A stretch of 58,899 nucleotides of DNA, counting the filler, from Dirinaria sp. TL-2023a (taxonomy: Eukaryota): NCBI GenBank assembly GCA_051941275.1. It is 6 parts of 6 records of this genome, joined end to end, with 100 filler letters (N's around TTAATTAATTAA, not from the genome) between each part and the next. Parts side by side here need not be neighbours in the genome. Positions count along the whole stretch, not along the records: positions 19,707 to 29,452 come from JAVEBF010001009.1; positions 29,553 to 39,272 come from JAVEBF010001010.1; 4 more parts are not named here. The stretch is one strand, 5' to 3'. The notes under the pieces were generated by a model. The model was not told the origin of the DNA. It searched no databases and was given only the letters and a program-made list of their open reading frames with translations. The stretch's first letter is position 1. Every line of letters begins with the position of its first letter. Below, one piece after another: positions 23,447 through 36,708 of the stretch. The translations under genes and the position numbers were made by a program.

Positions 23447-23884
23447 TTAGCTGCGCTTCTCCGCTAGCACGTTCCATTTAATGTTTCCATTATCAAAAAC
23501 TGCGCCAGCTCTACCAAGTATCGTTTGCCATGCGCGCATGCGACGAGCTGTTTCTTTGTGCCTGAGCTCAACTTGTTGCTCAACGAACTCCGATCTATGC
23601 AACCCTTCACGCATCACATTCTTTCTGAGAGCAAAAATAGCTTCTGTAACATGGTGTCCCCTTGCCGGCTCTTTCCAGTCCGCACCCCATGCTAAGTAGA
23701 GTGGATCGTTTGAGCGCTTTAGCTCCTCGGAGACCTCTCGAACTTGTGTCTATGTAAAGCACAGTGTGTTGTCAGGTCGATAACCCAAGGTGCGCGAGAT
23801 AGTATGGTAGGTCATATAGCAATGCACATGCCCAACAATTACCACAGTTTGGGTATAAACCGACATTCCATGGCGGTTCAACAT
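23447..23884 (-). pseudogene. Paralog of 22290-22736 with one in-frame TAG (145 codons before the final TAA)
   Basis: MLNRHGMSVYTQTVVIVGHVHCYMTYHTISRTLGYRPDNTLCFT*TQVREVSEELK...RRMRAW...AEKRS; TAG at 23750-23752, no frameshift. Confidence 0.7.
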
Positions 23885-24308
23885 AGTGAATTCGACAAAT
23901 TGGAGAAGCTGAATATGAACATCGGCTGTAATTCTTAGCTTATGCTCACCACCAGGACATGATAGACAGACCTGGATTCCACGGACTTCAGCTTTATAAG
24001 ATGCAAGAATGATGTAATAAGTTTGCAGGCGAGTCTTATCGAGTTCTTGACGAGAAGGATACTTCTAGCAAAGCTATTCCGCTAAGAAGTAGGGCCAAAT
24101 CCTAGTTGCAAACTTGACTATAACCATAAGCAATGTTTCACCGAGCATCGATGTCAGAGATAATCGAAGCTCTTGGGGCCGAGGAGAGATATGTCATAGT
24201 AGCGCCGTAAATGACTTGATGACTGGACAGATACAGATACAGAGCATGATGCCTGATTCCAAAAGTGGTCCCCTTAGCTGTGCGGGGAGGTTCAATAGAC
24301 ACGGTCGT

Positions 24309-26397
24309 CTAGCTGCTGCCCTTTTCCGCACGTACGCAATCAAGAAATAGCAGTAGCTCATCGTTGTCGTCACCAAGCTTTCCTTCAAGATTCGGCGCCA
24401 TCACGCTCTCTTCGCGAACAACATGGAGGCACCAAAGAAGACGCTCTTTGGTGCACATTAAGCTGTTGTAGATTGACTTCGGATTCTTCGTGACTGCTGC
24501 TGCGACTACGTCAAGGAACGATTCAACGAGTAGCAAGTCGTCATCGGCAAACTGCATATCTGCTAGTTGCCAGGAGTTCTTGCATCCTCCAATAATCGCT
24601 TGAGCTTGAAGTAGGTTTCCGTATGTATGAGTCAAAAATTTCAGCCACTGCAGAATCGCATCATGCATTGAAGGACTTCCGGAAGGTTCTATATTTTTGC
24701 TCGCTACAATACCCCAAAGCCAGATTCCGCAGAGCCAAAGAGTGAAGGCACACTCAGTCCAGCCACGCTCTCTTATCTTGGTCGCGTTCCTAGTACCTAG
24801 ACCAGCATGCAAGGCCGCGCGATAGTCTGTGAGCACTGATTTTGGAGATTCAGTCAACATCTGTTCCAGCCGGACGACGCGATAGTCCCGAACCCTTGCA
24901 GACTTCAATCCAGCCAAACCAGCGAGTTTCTCAATCAGTTCGTCGTTGACGGATTTCAAAATATGAAGCTGGTCTCGGCGGTACCTATCGGCGTGGTCCT
25001 GCTTCCTATTGGCAGGCGAACTGGGCAAGTCTGAATCATGTTGAGTAATAGCAGCGTGCCGCCTCTGCACTAGCATAGCGAGTACGCACATGACCTTGAG
25101 CGTGTTGCGGCACAGGTCTGGCGTCGAGTAGTCAACTTGGTCAAGCAAAATGAAATCCCGTGCAGCTCTCTCTCGCTGGTTCGACAGGGCTATTGCAGTC
25201 TCGTGCAAAAATCCTGGAGAAAGCACGAACGATGAGCTCTCGGCCTTTCGGTCTTTATCGAGCGCGTCGTTTCGAAGGCGGATCCAATGCACAACTTGTG
25301 GTCGCTCTTTTGGGTGTCGAGTAAATTTCGGAGCTGATTCATGACCCCGGCGCTGCAGATCAGCAATCTCAGCCTCTGAAATATCCGGTCTCACGACGTG
25401 TTGTGGAGCCAACGCGAGTACACAGTGTTCAGCGGGGTTATTAGCCAAGCTGAATCCATAGCCCATGATAACTACGAGAATCATTAGGGTGTTCAAGGTT
25501 GATTGGGCCTAACATACTCACGCTCTGTATTGCTTTTTGGGCCGTAGTTGTTGAAAACCTGCAACCCTGACGAAATAGTCTCGTTGGTGACGATGCGACA
25601 GCTGAGGGTTCCCCATTGCCATGTTACCTTGGCGAATGTGCGATGGTTCAGAATATCAACGCCAGGGACAAGGACCGGACTGCCAGGCTCGATGGTTGTA
25701 CCCGGCTCCTTCAACTGTTCTCCCGTATCTCCACTGCTTACCTGGCTCAAAGTGCTGTTGGCAAGAGCCGAACTTGGAAAGCTTCTCGAACTCATGATCG
25801 TCGCAGCCCATTTATATAGCGCCCTGCTGGGGTGAGCTGGGGGTTTTGATCTTGGAAACCGTGCTCAACCCACCATGACCAATCCTTTGTACAAGCTTTA
25901 GCTGTTGGCGTTAGACTTGCCATTGCATGTTCGTACTCTTGGCCCCAGGCTTCCTCTGTCTTGAGCGCAGTTCGTTCAAGATCTGTGCCACGGATCCATG
26001 CCCAGTCTCCTATATCGTACCACAACGGTGTCATGGGGAAATGCGGATCGGTAGGCTGCGGCAGACTTCGGAGGTATGGATACCAGAACGATTTCTCGCG
26101 CTTCAGGAATTCATTCAATAGGAAGAACCGAACTATTACGACCTGATTGACTGAATAGTATTCTTCTTCCAAATTAAATTGACTGAGGAAATTTTCCCTG
26201 CCTTGGATGACATTCAACCAGGAAATGGTAAGGTTGTGGGGACAAGAGACAACAAGGCTATCGGCTGCGAGCTCTTCACCCTCTTCGACACGCATGTGCT
26301 GCCCATATGTCTCGTCCCAAGTGATTTCCACACTGGCGTTGATAAAGCCGTCGTTATCCAGGAACCAGTCTTCGAAATCGTCCTCGATCTTTGCCAT
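24309..26397 (-). CDS. SET-domain (Rubisco-LSMT-like, Rkm/Efm group) protein lysine methyltransferase
   Basis: SFWYPYLRSLP, YKWAATIMSSRSF, PGVDILNH, VFNNYGPKSNTELIMGYGF; predicted introns 25824-25873 and 25472-25521 join three ORFs. Confidence 0.9.
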
Positions 26398-26825
26398 TGC
26401 TGTATAAAGAGTGAGTTCACAAGATGCATCGCCCGAGTAATGGAGCTCTGAACGACATCAATATCCAGTGAGACTGCCATGACGTGGTCCCGGGCTCGCC
26501 AGGGGTGCCGCCGCCCAGTAATGACGCGAGTTCAGAAGTGACTCGAAGCGGCATTCACGCCAAGATAAAGCTCGATCCATTGACCAATAGATAAGCGCGT
26601 TTATCGCGGCTAATGGTGGGGGAACGAATGGCGTTCGAGGGGTCGCTCGATAAGACTTTCTTAATGAGCCACACAGAGTCCGGAAAACTCGGTAGGTACA
26701 AGTACGTAGTAATATCACAATGTTATCACTGTCATACCCAGCTCCGTCTCAATCAACCGAGTCCATTATTCTCCAGCTCCCAGGTGCCTCAGAGTGCTAG
26801 TTCAAGAACCAGGTGGTGTTGGAAA

Positions 26826-28565
26826 ATGTATACCCCAGCCTTGGTGGGTTGGCTTCTCGTGCTTTACTTTCTCTACAAGTACATCCTCTACCCTGCTTTC
26901 TTCTCCCCTCTCTCCAAGATTCCCAACGCCCACTGGTCCTCCCCAATTTCTCCTTTGTGGATATTATGGAAAAGATATGCATGCGCCGAGAATGCTGCGA
27001 TACATGCGGCACATGTCAAATACGGTTCAATAGTTAGAGTTGGACCCAACGACATAAGTGTCAATTGCGTAGACGAGGGGATCAAGACAATCGGGGGGTT
27101 TGAGAAGCCGGATTGGTATCGCAATGCCTTTACCAATTTTGGGTGAGTATTTTCTCTGCAACCGAAGTTCGGAACAGCCATTCTGATCTATGCAGCGTCA
27201 TCAACATGTTCTCGATGAAAGAATCCAAACCTCACTCCGCTCAACGACGTCTGGTCTCAAACAGTTACTCCAAGTCGACCCTCCAATCCTCTCCCGAGCT
27301 CCACCACATTTCTGAGACCCTGCTCTTCGGCCGCTACCTTCCCCTTCTTGACTCCCTGGCCGTCTCCAAATCCTCAGTCGAGGTCCACGAACTCAACTTC
27401 GCCACGACCATGGACTTCATAAACGCTTACATCTTTGGTCTCTCCAACGGGTCGAACTTTCTTCAAGATGTCAATACCCGCAAACACCTCCTACACAGCT
27501 ACCAATGTCGACGTGCCTACCAGTTCTTTCCACAAGAAATCCCCCAAATTAAGAATTTCTTTGACCAACTTCGGATCAAATTGGTGCCAACATGGGTTGA
27601 AGCCGCGACCTCGGAATTCGAAGCTTTCTGCGAGAAAATGTGCAACGCAGCAGCGACGACCCTGCGAACGGTATCTCTAACCCCGGAAAACACCCCGACA
27701 GTCTATCGCAATCTCTCCACACCACTCGTCCCCAAATCCTCACCTTCTGCACCCCCTGGCCCAGATCCTTCACTGCTCGTCGCTTCCGAGCTCCTCGACC
27801 ACATAGCAGCAGGCCATGAAACTTCAGGAGTCACGCTCACTTATTGCATGTGGAGCCTCTCGCAGCGCCCCAGCCTACAAGCGGCCTTGCGCCACGAACT
27901 CCTCACTCTAGCCCCACCCATCGTCTTCCCCTCTGATACATCGCTTCCTTCCCTACCCTCGCCCCGCACAATCGACGCACTGCCGCTACTCGACGCCGTC
28001 CTAATGGAAACACTCCGCCGGTACTCTGCCATCCCAGGGCCTCAACCGCGCGAAACTCCCTCCGCGCCGACCTCTCTAGCAGGATCGCCGCCGCTACCGG
28101 CAGGCGTGCGAGTGAGCGCGCAGGCCTACAGTCTGCACCGGAACGCAGACGTCTTCCCCTCGCCCGAAGAATGGAAGCCAGAGCGGTGGATCGAGGCGGC
28201 GAAAGAACAGAGAGAAGAAATGAACCGCTGGTTCTGGGCCTTTGGATCGGGCGGGCGCGTGTGTGTTGGGAAACATTTCGCTATGCAAGGTACGCAGTCA
28301 TCCCCCCCCGGCCCTTCTACATATGGCTCTATCAAAAACATATCCCAAGACCCCGAAAATTGAATCGAACCAAACCACCAAAACCAAACCCCCCTACTAA
28401 CCATTTTCCCTCTTCTCAAACAAAACAGAAATGAAACTCGTCCTCGCAGCAATCTATACAAACTACCGCACCAGCATCGTCCACGACACCGGTATGGAGA
28501 TGATAGACACGTATACCTCAGGCCCGGTCAGTAATCAGCTCACACTGCGCTTCGAAAGGGCGTGA
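26826..28565 (+). CDS. Cytochrome P450 monooxygenase
   Basis: N-terminal TM, SPLSKIP, AGHETS (I-helix), ETLR, PERW, FGSGGRVCVG heme motif; predicted introns 27143-27195 and 28290-28428; TGA 28563-28565. Confidence 0.95.
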
Positions 28566-29263
28566 AAAAATACCCAAAATCTTGCTCTTTGCAATACTCT
28601 TATCCTATTTTCCCTCATCAAACCCACCTCAGTTTTCATACATATATGTATTTCTCACCCCTCAATAGGGTAGCCAACAGAAATTTAGAAAGTGTTTCAA
28701 AATCATCTCGTCCCCCTCCCTTCCTCCAACACAACACCCTAAATACAACTAACTGAACTCAATCGAACAGTAGGATGCATAAAATTCATGATGAAATCAG
28801 GTTTTTTTCTTCTCTCATCGTCATTTATGGTCTGAAATGGGATTTTCGTTTTTTGGATTCTTTTGGCTGCTTGACGGACGGATCTCTTTCCTTTCCTTTC
28901 CTTTTCTTTCCTCATTAGCAGGTACTTTACTCATACCGCAAATTCCGTGTAGATATCGTAGTGCCTCCCCCCCCCCCCTCTTTTTCCTTTTTTCTTTCTC
29001 TTTTTTCCCTTTCTTTCTTTTTCCCATCGTTGAAGACCAGAAGCAGTATCTTATCATCCTTCCTCAATACTCGATCCTCGACGCCATACCTCCGCAACCC
29101 ACACACCCCCCAAAACACGAACGAGCAGCGTGTATGTCTGTGTAGTATACTATAAGATATTTATTCCCTTCTCAACTCGTCCTCTTTATAACTATGCTAT
29201 CCTACCTTATCTTATATCAAAACCGTTTTCGCTCAGAAAGAAGAGAGAGAAAAATTGATGGGG

Positions 29264-29370
29264 AAAAAAAAAAAAAAAAAAAAAAAAAAAGGAATGCATG
29301 AATGAATGAATGAATGAATGAATGAGAGATAAGAGGAGATAAGATGGGATTGAGCATTGAGCATTGAGGA
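29264..29370. repeat. Poly-A run, (ATGA)n microsatellite and (GAGCATT)n near the contig end
   Basis: Directly visible. Confidence 0.9.
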
Positions 29371-29452
29371 TTAAGGAATAGAATGCAGGGAAGGGGCGGG
29401 GAAGGAAGGCAGGGGATATGAACCCGGAAGATTCAACAGTGCATGTACATGT

Positions 29453-29552
29453 NNNNNNNNNNNNNNNNNNNNNNNNNNNNNNNNNNNNNNNNNNNNTTAA
29501 TTAATTAANNNNNNNNNNNNNNNNNNNNNNNNNNNNNNNNNNNNNNNNNNNN
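29453..29552. other. Artificial contig-joining linker
   Basis: N44-TTAATTAATTAA-N44. Confidence 0.98.
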
Positions 29553-30403
29553 GATGAAAACGATGTAGTAGAAGGAACATTGAGGACGCTACTTACTGAA
29601 CGTTAGTATGACTTTAGACATGTATTGAGTTTTGTCATACATAAAGCAGGGCGATTTGAAAAGTAGAAACCGGTAGGATCCAAATCTTGGAGACGCGGGA
29701 AATGGATGGTATTGTTGTGAATCAGTACTGAGTTACCCAATTTTTCTCGCTACGAGATATTTGGATCGTATATGAACTCTAAGTCATGAGAGGACTAACT
29801 CGACTCAAGCGAATTGATCGCCTTGCTGCTGAACGCAAATCAGAGCTCTCCCTCCTCCAGCGGGGAATTCTCACTTTCATACAAAACTTTTGGTAAGAAT
29901 ATCCGGATAACCACTGTCTAACTGCAACTACGACGAGGAGAAAGACAATTCGTAATTCAATACAGGAATTTGGGTGAGTACGCGGAAACTCGCCAGCGAT
30001 GTGAGATTGGTAGTGTTACGTGGTCTAGGATATCTTGGCTCTTCAGTCGACATACTAGCCAGATCGAGTGTATGAAGAGAATCAGATGTCATAAGAGGAG
30101 CGGAACACGTCATGTCTTGACGGTTCGGAATTGTTGTTTGATGCCGGTGGGAAGAATGCAAGATGTTTTTCGGCCGCGAATGTCCGTTTCTGAGCGGTCT
30201 TGGGCAACGAGCGGCATTCGAGATTTGCTTGAGGCTGTAGAATGTTTGTGTTAGATTTCAACTACTATGGTAAGGTGAGTCGGTGTTCTTGTAAATCGGC
30301 TCATGGCGGTTCCGTGAATGCTCCATATGTTTGTGGATCTGATGAGCAAATATATGACGTTCTCTGGAGAACCAGGTTAGAATATTTCAAGACTAAGGAG
30401 CTG

Positions 30404-31553
30404 CTAATAATATCGAGATCCGGTTAAGGTTTTGTTGATTGCTCGGGACAATTGCTGCTCGTCGACGTCCTCGCCCTCTATAAGCGGCGTGTCTTCATTG
30501 GGTGGCGTCGCTGCATTGATAGCTGCCCCTTCTTCATCCCGAGGCTTTCGGAGCCTGGGACGGATATGGTTCATGTACACTGCCAGAAGCAGAATCAAAA
30601 TCTCCAGACAGCCGACCAATATGTGATTGATCCAAGCAATCCCGCTTGCAAACTTGACCGAACCCGCAGTGTCGGGTTCCAGCAGATCTTGTGTTCTTGA
30701 AGTCAGTGATGCAGCGAGGATGAACAAAAGAGGGATATGGATGCACATCGTTGGGATACTGAGGCTACCACTATGCTTTAACCGCCAGGTCATTTGCATC
30801 TGCGGGATGAATTGCAAGGCGCCGAGAACGAATGAGAGTCCGCTGACGAAGACGGTCCAGAAGGAAAGCACCATGTGGTGAATGGCCGTTTTTGTCGAGG
30901 GTGAAGAAGCGATGACTGAAGACGGGACCAGAATCAGGATTACTGGTACTACATAAGCGGCTCCAACGACTTTGGGAGCCCGCGGTAAGAGCTTATCACC
31001 GTGCGCGTCGTCTTCAACGCGCGTACTTCGCTCGCTCGAGGCTGTAGAGCTGGAAAGGCTCGCTCTTCTTGGAGGATCCTCGGTGTAGAATATGAGATAT
31101 AAGACGAGCCTAGCAAGGACTCAGTTAGTTATGAGCAGAAAAGGCGAAATGTGCGGCTGCTTACACCACCGTAGCACCAAGCCAGAGCAGGCCATGCTGC
31201 CAAATAGATGTCAATGCTGCGAAGCAATTTTTCCCGTGGAAACCGTTGTACTGGCAGCAGTCGACTGCACCATGGGCCGAAGCCAGGAGTAATATGTTGG
31301 CGAATGCGCTGCTGCTATAAGCTGTCGATAGGGCGATAAATGAAGGCGAGACGCCATAACTGGAGCCTCTGGAGATAATTCGATGACATTGCGGGGCATA
31401 GGAAAGAGGCAAGCCTAAACTTAGGGCACTATCAAAGAAGAGTTAGCGCCATAGCTCAGACAAAAACATCCAAGAGGCGCACTAATTGAGAATAGAGCTG
31501 CTTGCTGGGGCGCGCGTAGAACTGCAAAAATCATTAAGTTTCAAAGTAGGCAT
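30404..31553 (-). CDS. PQ-loop repeat membrane protein (probably vacuolar transporter)
   Basis: Two PQ loops (SYAPQCHRIISRGSSYGVS; QFIPQMQMTWRLKHSGSLS); C-terminal EDTPLI acidic-dileucine-type signal; predicted introns 31429-31482 and 31110-31164. Confidence 0.85.
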
Positions 31554-34479
31554 GATGGACGTTCGTAGCAACTGAACGGCGTCGAAAAAGAAGGCCGGGC
31601 GGGAAATGTGGGAGAAAAGAGAAAACAAGGGCCACTTAAAGGCATTCATTTGAAGGAAGGAAATCAGGCTGAGAAAAGAGGCGGCACAGTATTGCAACAC
31701 GTAGGTACATTGTTTGATTGAAACATGTTAGGGACAGATTGTCTCACTCAGAGCAATAGGCTCCGCCTCAATGTGAAAATACTGCCTTTCAGCAGACTTC
31801 GGATAAGATTCATAGTACTCTTCACAACCTAGAAAGTATCATCAGACAACTTTCCAAATTGTAGAACAGTGCATTTTTTAGAAGATGTAGCTTGGATGTC
31901 CGCAGATTGGCTTCGTTGAGCAAGTCCGGTTGGCATTGGCGCTTCGTGCCATGCTGCACTGCTCATTTTAGCACCTTGTCTGACTGGCCACACTTTTGAA
32001 GACATTCAGGTTGGCCAGTATTGAATGAAAATGGCCAAATATAGCTCCTGTATGCAAGGAAGAACACGTTTGTTCTGAATCTGTTACTTGACGTATAAAA
32101 GTTAACACGTCCTCTAGATCGAGGAAGAAGCTAAAGTACGCCGTAGTCGCGATTAGCGGAATTTCCGAGGCAGTCCTGTATTCAAGGTCACATGACAATT
32201 CCAGGAATGTTTTCGAGGCACTGAGAACTAAGGTATAAACCACAACACCGACCATGTCGAATGACTCCACACACACGAAGACGTCAGGATTAGGCTTAAC
32301 TAATGATCGATGAGTGAGGCTTGCAGTGTTTCCGAGCATTTCTCGCTAAGGCATCAGCAGGCATTCTCCACAATATTTCCGATTAGGATATCTCATATTC
32401 CAACTTCGCCCGACTCTGCGTGTGTCATTAGGTATGTCTAAAGGACGTAAAGCCATAATGCTAAAGAGGATGATTTGACGGGAGCAGTCGAGCACTTTTG
32501 AGCGCATGAGAAGTTGGGTTGGGTGGTAAAGTTAGATCGTCGAATTTGGTCAGCGTCTAGTAGATAGACTCACAGCCATCTTCTGTGGGTAGCAGGTAAG
32601 TGGCGCGGCTGGCATTTTCAAGATGAGATGAGCAGCGTCAGACTTTGCAGCCATAGACCGGTTCATCAAGTCCACACATATGGTACTCTCGTGGCCATTC
32701 TTGGCTAGACTGGCAGAACAAATAGAGGGTCGCGATGCTTCAATGGCGCTGCCTGCGACCGGACTACACAGGACTACTTGCACTGGAGCAAAAGGAAGCT
32801 AGGCCACCACCAAGACCTTCTTTGGTGGACACAATACAGGGCTGTAATCGGAAGAGAGCACACATCACTGGGTCTGGTCTGTGCTTGCAAGTCACGTTCC
32901 GACACTTGGCTGCTATGAGATTGATGGAAGGCGATTTTTTTCTCCCCTGGCGGACATTTCAAAACGCGACCATGTTATCATTGCCTAGGTAATGCAAGGC
33001 ATACAAAAACGTGTGAGTAATAATAGTATTGGACATCAGTAGATCTTGCAAGTGCCAAAAATGTGCCTTGGCATCCAATGGAATTTTTGCAGCAGATGTA
33101 CTGTATACCTTATTCCGCTGGTGCCGGAGCTGCCGGACTCTTCAACGAGCTGAAGCGGCAAGTATCCCAATCGGAGCAGCTGAATTCCTACATAGAACTC
33201 AAGCGGTTGACGCCTTCTGACTAATTTTCAATTATCGCGTATCGCCTCAAATCGTGCATAGGCGATGGTGGCCCCCCAAGGTAAAAGACCGGTTCTACAT
33301 TACCAGCCGTGACCCGCGATGGCTGCGAGGAGAGCCCGGTAGATTGGGACCGGCAGTCTGGCAAACCTGGAATAGCGCAGTCACGAGGTGACCATAGCTA
33401 AGATTGGCATACTCGCAAGCGCTCCAAAGTGACTAGATGGGAATACATCGGGCCATCGACAATGTGGGAGGATGATCCGTGCTGGGAATGCAAGATGCTG
33501 TGTGCAAACCAGCAATTTGCGCCGACTGGGGATCCCCACCGACAGGCTGGAAATCCCCGGAGCCGAGAAGCTGTCTTCAAGTGATACGAGTACGAATTCA
33601 ATTCAGCCTTGTGTAAGTCGTGTTGCTCATCTCCTGCACAGCCTAGAAGCACGCTAGAATATTCGGTGCATTAAGGTACATGGCACCGCCGTCTGTCAAC
33701 CTACCTTAGGTATTTTCGAGTACCTCAAGTACGTTGTGATTTGACATGTCAGCGTCAGCGCAATCACGTGTGCTACTGCTTACGAGCAAGAAGCCAGAAT
33801 TTGTCAATCTGTGTGAGTCTCGTCCAAAGATTTAGCTTTGGGGACCTCCATCGATTATGGTGTTGATACCTATGTGCGAGGTGCACCGCATATTCCCTTG
33901 ATGAGCAAACCCGACTTGACCTATGAGCAACGAGAAGCATCTGCCAGTTACATGTTGCAGAAAGCTTGTAGAGTCAATGTCTGGTCATCTGGAGCATTTC
34001 TCTGTGGCCAAGGAGGATAAATTCTGGATACGTGCCATACCACCGTGATGACTCCCTTAGCGCTGCAGTGGAGAGTACGACGGTCTGATTGGCTGCAACC
34101 GATCAAAGCGAGATGAGCTGACTTTGCCTTTCGGCCTTACTGTATGTAAGGTAATTTGTATTCGAAAAGCGAATAATGCCTCAGGAAATCCCGACTAACA
34201 AGCCGTGATGCTAAACTCCATCATAGTGTAGGAGCGTGCAGGACTACGAGTGAGAAATTGATAGGCTCCGGATTTCTCAGAAGTCAGAACCCAATGCTCA
34301 GCTTGCGCCACTCGGAGAATACTCTATGTATAGGCGGCTAATTGGGATCATAGTAAGCGAATCATCTGCATGTAGGGATCTTCTTGATCTTCCGTCTTCC
34401 CCGGCTTCGTCTTGCAGCCAAGCAAAAGGAAGTAAGAGTAGATTGAGAATGACATGCGCATACAATATCGTACTTGAGC

Positions 34480-35110
34480 ACTTCGAAGATAAGGGGCAAT
34501 TGCGTGGAATACTTTATTGGGCCGACTATGCCATAATTTCCCTGTGCCTAAAGCGGACACTGCAGATAGATGCATAGATTCGTGATCGTGGGATGAGGAC
34601 CGCAAAACTTTGTTGCACCGAGGCACAGGTTGACACGTTGGAATACGCACGATCGGAGATCTGGGTATTTCAGCTGAGAAGCGTTCCTCGGGTGATAAGG
34701 AGTCTTTGGATTAGAGCCCATGAGCTGTGACAATCGCTCGTCTTTCAACAAGAAAGGCATCCAGCGCGAGCTGTCGAATGATTTGGCCCCTGCTAGTGAT
34801 CATATCACCTAATCGAAACAATCTATCTAGTGACAACAATCCTTGTCTCTTCTGCAGTGGTCTCCTGTGCGCTCTAGCTTTGCGAGCTGCGTGAGTCTGC
34901 GTCGTCGTTTGTCTAGCGAGCTCTGTCCATGCATAATCGCCTGGTCTGAACTGGTCTACATCGACGTGCCGAAGCAACCGTTTGTGAGCCACTCGGTAGC
35001 CTTACTAGGCGCATATGTAGATGTCCATGCGGATCTGGGGTACGTGAAGAAGCTGAATGGTCGTACATTATGTCGTTGGGAGATGCTAGTCCTCAGAAGA
35101 CGGAGCAGTA
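34480..35110 (-). pseudogene. Possible decayed fungal F-box-like gene
   Basis: PFSFFTYPR / frameshift / IRMDIYICA* resembles PFxFLxLPxEIRxxIY; downstream SALGTGKLWH..NKVFH loosely resembles ALLxTCKQIHxEAxxVFY; multiple stops. Confidence 0.3.
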
Positions 35111-35422
35111 ACTGCGTTGCAAATGATCTCTGCCGCCTCTCGTTCTTAGTTCACACTCCTCTTTCAGATCTCCCACCGAGCAGTATATCGTCGTCAGTGA
35201 TCACTCTGCATTTATAAATCCTTCTCTTTCCCCTCCCTAGCCGGGATCGCTGTTCGAAGCCAAACATTCGCAGGGCTTATCGAGTTTTTCAATCTGCCAC
35301 CGGTGCTATTTCTGAATGACGACTGTGACCAATCCTAAAAGCTCATACACTTATCATGGCGTGAGCATGGCATTTTTTCCTTAAACTTTTTCGATCAACC
35401 ACCGAGTCAATACCTCATTCTG

Positions 35423-35827
35423 ATGGCATGGGCTAATACGTTGGAAAGCAGCTTCACACGTGCACCTTCGAGTGCTAAATCCGTCAAAACCCACGGCCGC
35501 TTTCAAAAGAAAACATCTGAAAGCTCCGGACGTCCTCTCCAACGCCATTCCCAGTGTTCCCCGAATTGCCATGGGCCTAATCACTCGACCCATTGTCTTC
35601 AAAGGCTAGAGCAAGGGCATGCTCAACAGGAAAGCGACCGTTCGGCTGCAGCACTCGAACGCTACCTCCATGAAGGCAACGAAGAAGATGCCAGGAGACG
35701 AGGAGACCGCGAGGGATACTCACGTAATGAAGCGGGGATGACATCGTTCCTTGACGACTGGCAGCGTCGATGGGACTCGATAAGCAAGGCAAAGAATAAG
35801 AGAGGTTTGAGAAGTTGCCATTCCTAG
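35423..35827 (+). CDS. Hypothetical 134-aa orphan protein
   Basis: ATG-initiated ORF, upstream TATAAAT near 35213, protein-like helical C-half (AAALERYL..SFLDDWQRRW); no family recognised. Confidence 0.4.
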   Translation: MAWANTLESSFTRAPSSAKSVKTHGRFQKKTSESSGRPLQRHSQCSPNCHGPNHSTHCLQRLEQGHAQQESDRSAAALERYLHEGNEEDARRRGDREGYSRNEAGMTSFLDDWQRRWDSISKAKNKRGLRSCHS

Positions 35828-35947
35828 CAACCTGGACCGGTGCTGAATGCGTATAGCCAAAGCTCTAACCAAAGTAAGGAATCTTGCAACGAGAATTAAG
35901 AATCGAGTAACCGGTCGGGTTTAGGGCTTGTAGTACCTTCGTCAGTG

Positions 35948-36708
35948 TTACGAGCCCAGCTTGTCAACGTGCCGTGTGAGCTGGCATCCTTCGGACATTG
36001 CATCTTCATTACAACATTGATATATGAAATTCTCGGGGTACTGTCTTATAGTTTCAGGAGTGTCGATAGTGCCATGGACATCTTCGTTCCAGTCTGCGAA
36101 CGACTCGTCATCTGCTTCAAGACATCCTGTGATTTTCTTAGCAGTCTTGTCCACAAAGACAGCGCAAATAACTGCTTGAATGGTGTTGCACTCTACCGTC
36201 GTGCCATCTACATCTTCTCTTCTCATTCTTTGTTATATCGAACTCCTGTTTGCAGCGGACGCAGGTGGCGTATTTGGGCACTGGCATAGATGTCGATACT
36301 AGGTCGGTAGCAATACTACTTCCTCCGAAGTCTTCACTACCGCTGTTACAACCACTGTCATCGCAAGTATCATCCCCATCACTCAGTTCGTCATCTGTTT
36401 CTTCCTCCTCAGATGAGCTGTCCTCTTTAGAGTCTTCAGCATCGTTCTCTTCCCGCACGACATCAGCGATTGAACGCCTCCGTTTCCGAGGTCTCATGGG
36501 ATCGTCCACCATAAGTCTGGTCGCAATGCGCTCTGCCGGGCGTGAAATTCTACAGATGGCTGAGTGTCGCGCGTAAGCGCTCCGGTGGGGCGCTGATGAT
36601 GGCGTTTTCGAGAGCAGCGCGATGAAGCCTGTCGGTTCTATCTGTCTTTGCAGGCGTGGGTGATGTCAAGTCGATGATCTGTGTGGGGGGCTTTCCCTTG
36701 AGAGGCAT
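35948..36708 (-). pseudogene. Fungal Cys/His-rich (zinc-binding-like) protein gene with one frameshift (or sequencing error)
   Basis: ATG 36708 MPLKGKPPTQIIDLT..AIISAPPERLRATL, frameshift near 36561, AICRISRPAERIATRLMV..acidic tract..CVRCKQEFD..CRWHDG, intron 36127-36196, CLEADD..VHG.IDT..YPENFIYQCC..GC..RH. Confidence 0.7.

Noticed and set aside
31900..33700. Several short ORFs with coding-like stretches
   Set aside because: I could not assemble a consistent frame or family motif
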